Assembly (NCBI GenBank): GCA_037142615.1
Contig: JBAXAI010000038.1
Coordinates: 1 to 34,519 of the forward strand
Direction: 5' to 3'
DNA from: Spirochaetales bacterium
Lineage (GTDB): Bacteria > Spirochaetota > Spirochaetia > JABEVK01
DNA: 34,519 nucleotides
Shown: in pieces, positions 32,667-34,519 of the stretch
Layout: every line of letters begins with the position of its first letter
Position numbering within the stretch: the stretch's first letter is position 1
Notes under the pieces: generated by a model
The model's input: only the letters and a program-made list of their open reading frames with translations
Databases searched by the model: none
Told to the model about the DNA's origin: nothing
Program-made: the position numbers and the translations under genes

Positions 32667-33259
32667 GCCTTTCCCCACAGGTCGACGGCGACGGCAAGCA
32701 CGTCACCAGCAACGCCGATCGAATCGATGTACTCGATAACCGACCGCGCCCCGGCGTTCTTTGCCTGAACTTTGAAGTTGCCCATGCGGCGGTAGTAGCA
32801 GGCCGTGTACAGCTCGTTCCAAACCGAAGAATGCTCCCGGTGCGAAAACTCGGCTTCTTTGGCGACAAGCTGCCGGATGGCGTCTTTGTCTTCGATCTTG
32901 GGGGCAGGAAGGAGCGCAGCCCTTTCCTCAACACGGCCCTCGATCTTCGCCAGGCGAACGTCCAGCTGCTGGATCGTCATGGACACCGTGCGGGACACGA
33001 TGGCGCTGATGAGGTCGAGGTCGCGGGTGGTGAGGCTGGAGCCCGATGCGACTTCTTCATTTTGGCGAAGTACTTCCTCATTTTGGGGAAGTTCGACGAA
33101 CCCCTTTTTTCTTAGGGCCGCCATAATCTGGACAGACTCACTTCTGGTGAAGGTCGCTCTCTTCCCCTGCTGGAACTTGTCCCAAAAAAGCTCGCGGGCT
33201 TTTCGGTTCACGGTATTTGCAGAAACGCCTGCTACCTCAGCCATTTCCTTGATTGTCAT
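32663..33259 (-). CDS. antirepressor-like protein (N-terminal HTH, ORF6C-like C-terminus)
   Basis: MTIKEMAEVAGVSANTV HTH; VWNELY...NFKVQAKN....VIEYID C-terminal domain. Confidence 0.6.
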   Translation of the reverse strand: MTIKEMAEVAGVSANTVNRKARELFWDKFQQGKRATFTRSESVQIMAALRKKGFVELPQNEEVLRQNEEVASGSSLTTRDLDLISAIVSRTVSMTIQQLDVRLAKIEGRVEERAALLPAPKIEDKDAIRQLVAKEAEFSHREHSSVWNELYTACYYRRMGNFKVQAKNAGARSVIEYIDSIGVAGDVLAVAVDLWGKA

Positions 33260-33432
33260 TCCCCACCCCCCTGTCGCTTCCCTTCCTGTTCCTCAGCCCT
33301 TTCCACCGCCTCACGGATGCACTCGACAACAAGCGCGTTCAGAGACATATGCGCTCGCTTCTGGTGAAGGTTCATTAGGCGGCGGTGCATTTCAGGACTT
33401 AGGCGAAGCGAGAACTTGTATTCGGTTTCCAT
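33256..33432 (-). CDS. Arc-like ribbon-helix-helix regulator (not in the ORF track)
   Basis: METEYKFSLRLSPEMHRRLMNLHQKRAHMSLNALVVECIREAVE... (58 aa); AAGGGG SD; ATGA-coupled to the next gene. Confidence 0.8.
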   Translation of the reverse strand: METEYKFSLRLSPEMHRRLMNLHQKRAHMSLNALVVECIREAVERAEEQEGKRQGGGE

Positions 33433-33468
33433 GTTACTAACACCCCTTTATGGTGTTTCCATAAATGT

Positions 33469-33497
33469 ATGATAACGTCACCATGACACCATGTCAA
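33469..33497 (-). promoter_or_regulatory. sigma70-type promoter with overlapping operators
   Basis: TTGACA-17 bp-TATCAT. The spacer holds palindromes GTCA-CCA-TGAC (33477-33487) and TGACA-CCA-TGTCA (33484-33496). Confidence 0.8.
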
Positions 33498-33505
33498 CAC
33501 TAAAC

Positions 33506-33534
33506 TTTACAATTCGGAAACTTGGCCCGACACT
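33506..33534 (+). promoter_or_regulatory. possible promoter for a leaderless repressor mRNA
   Basis: TTTACA-17 bp-GACACT ending 6 nt before ATG 33541; no SD before the ATG. Confidence 0.45.
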
Positions 33535-33540
33535 TACCCC

Positions 33541-33777
33541 ATGGCCGACGAAGAAACCGCAGACATCAAGTTTTCACTCCGTGTTCCACAACCCCTTTGG
33601 GTCAAGCTGAACAGGCGGGCAACGAAAAACAGACGGTCGCTGAACTCCGAAATCCTTGTTCTCCTGGAACGTGGTGCCGACGAAGAAGAAGGCAACATCA
33701 ATGACCAAATGAACCGCATCTTCGAAGATTTAAAGCGGATGGCCCTTGCACCCGATACCCCCGACCGCGCAAGGTAA
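33541..33777 (+). CDS. Arc/Mnt-family repressor
   Basis: IKFSLRVPQPLWVKLNRRATKNRRSLNSEILVLLE is a classic Arc domain. It is the only plus-strand phage gene recognised here. Confidence 0.9.
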   Translation: MADEETADIKFSLRVPQPLWVKLNRRATKNRRSLNSEILVLLERGADEEEGNINDQMNRIFEDLKRMALAPDTPDRAR

Positions 33778-33808
33778 TCCAGGCGCTCCAGCACGGCGGT
33801 TTCGGGGC

Positions 33809-34204
33809 TCATGCGCCTACCTCGTAGTCTGGCAGCAGGGCATAGACTCCCATCGGGTTCTTGATTCCGGCGTGGCGGTACACCTGCAGCGCCATCTCGA
33901 GCACTTCGTCGGTCTTGGCCGCAAGCTGGGCCTTCGCGTTCCGCTGGGCTTTCAGGTACTCAAAGGCCTCGAGGCAGGCTGGGCAACCGGCGATGCGTTG
34001 GGTGATGAGCATCAGTCCGGCGTCGCCCCGGTTGCGCCACATCCAAACGGCAGCCGAGTCGATGGCCAGCCCAAGGTGCGAGTCTTCCGTGTGCCCGCAA
34101 GCCTTGGGACACGCAGCCATGGCTTCCTTCATGTCCCATTCGAGGTCAGCGATGAGCGCCTGAGTCTCGCCCAGTTCGTGCAGGGCGTGTTCGTGGGGGG
34201 TCAT
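33809..34204 (-). CDS. hypothetical protein with two CxxC-like motifs
   Basis: GGAGG SD, ATGA coupling; CPKAC and CPAC. Confidence 0.6.
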   Translation of the reverse strand: MTPHEHALHELGETQALIADLEWDMKEAMAACPKACGHTEDSHLGLAIDSAAVWMWRNRGDAGLMLITQRIAGCPACLEAFEYLKAQRNAKAQLAAKTDEVLEMALQVYRHAGIKNPMGVYALLPDYEVGA

Positions 34205-34518
34205 GATGCCTCCATGAGCTTCTGCGCCAGCCAGACTTCGCCCTTGCCGGTGATGAGCGTGGTGGTGTGCTGCACAATGCGGGAACCGTGGGGAATCGTG
34301 TTCACGATGGTTTTGAAGTAGCCGCGCTCAAGAAGCTCCTGTTTCGGAACCCAGTCCATTTCGGAGTTGCGGAACAAGACCCCGATACGGGCCAGCTTGC
34401 CGAAGATCTTCACCGGGCCTTCACCGACGCTCTTGGCGAAGTCCTTAATGGTCATCGTGTTTTCGGCGCTGGCGATCTTCTCGGCGATGGCGGCCAGCGG
34501 CTTCAGGTGCTCGTTTTC
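34201..34518 (-). CDS. phage antirepressor, KilAC/ANT C-terminal domain (partial)
   Basis: LKPLA...TIKDFAK..G.G..KIF...PKQ...RGYF...TTLITGKGEVWL; the frame is open to the window edge. Confidence 0.85.
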   Translation of the reverse strand, partial: ENEHLKPLAAIAEKIASAENTMTIKDFAKSVGEGPVKIFGKLARIGVLFRNSEMDWVPKQELLERGYFKTIVNTIPHGSRIVQHTTTLITGKGEVWLAQKLMEAS

Positions 34519-34519
34519 A

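Larger units (their letters stand above)
32626..33814. repeat. 43-bp direct repeat (32626-32668 and 33772-33814) flanking a three-gene cassette
   Basis: AGGTAATCCAGGCGCTC(A/C)AGCACGGC(T/G)GTTTCGGGGCTCATGC with 2 mismatches. Confidence 0.9.
173..34519 (-). mobile_element. temperate siphovirus prophage (continues beyond the right edge)
   Basis: Continuous, translationally coupled minus-strand modules for regulation, recombination, replication, packaging, head, tail and lysis. Confidence 0.95.

Noticed and set aside
465-33440. Many long plus-strand ORFs (e.g. 465..1442, 15592..16821, 19959..21032, 25318..26526)
   Set aside because: They are antisense shadows of well-supported minus-strand genes, expected in GC-rich DNA, and show no recognisable motifs.
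33534-33812. 92-aa minus-strand ORF starting MSPETAVLERLDYL
   Set aside because: It is a by-product of the 43-bp duplication; after 14 codons it runs antisense through the Arc/Mnt gene with no protein-like features, although its start may be translated.

Overview
This window is the left end and most of a high-GC temperate siphophage (prophage), encoded almost entirely on the minus strand. Bases 1-51 look like the 3' end of a host ammonium transporter gene (amtB), so the prophage boundary probably lies in the AT-rich gap at about 52-170. In transcription order (right to left) the modules are: an antirepressor; a P22 immI-like divergent Arc/Mnt switch flanked by a 43-bp direct repeat; recombination genes (RecT-like annealase, PD-(D/E)XK exonuclease, NinB-like protein, HNH, RusA); replication genes (SSB, initiator with iterons, DnaB); mosaic small ORFs joined by repeated linkers; terminase, portal and a minor capsid protein with a variable RNase-like tail; scaffold; an initiator-like tRNA(CAU) and a structured leader ahead of the major capsid gene; head-fibre genes; an A118/SPP1-like neck and tail; a tape measure split by an in-frame TAA; tail tip and fibre genes (one frameshifted); and a lysis cassette with a putative Cys/His L,D-peptidase-fold endolysin and two almost fully overlapping spanin-like genes. 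All family calls come from motif recognition and gene order, not from database searches.
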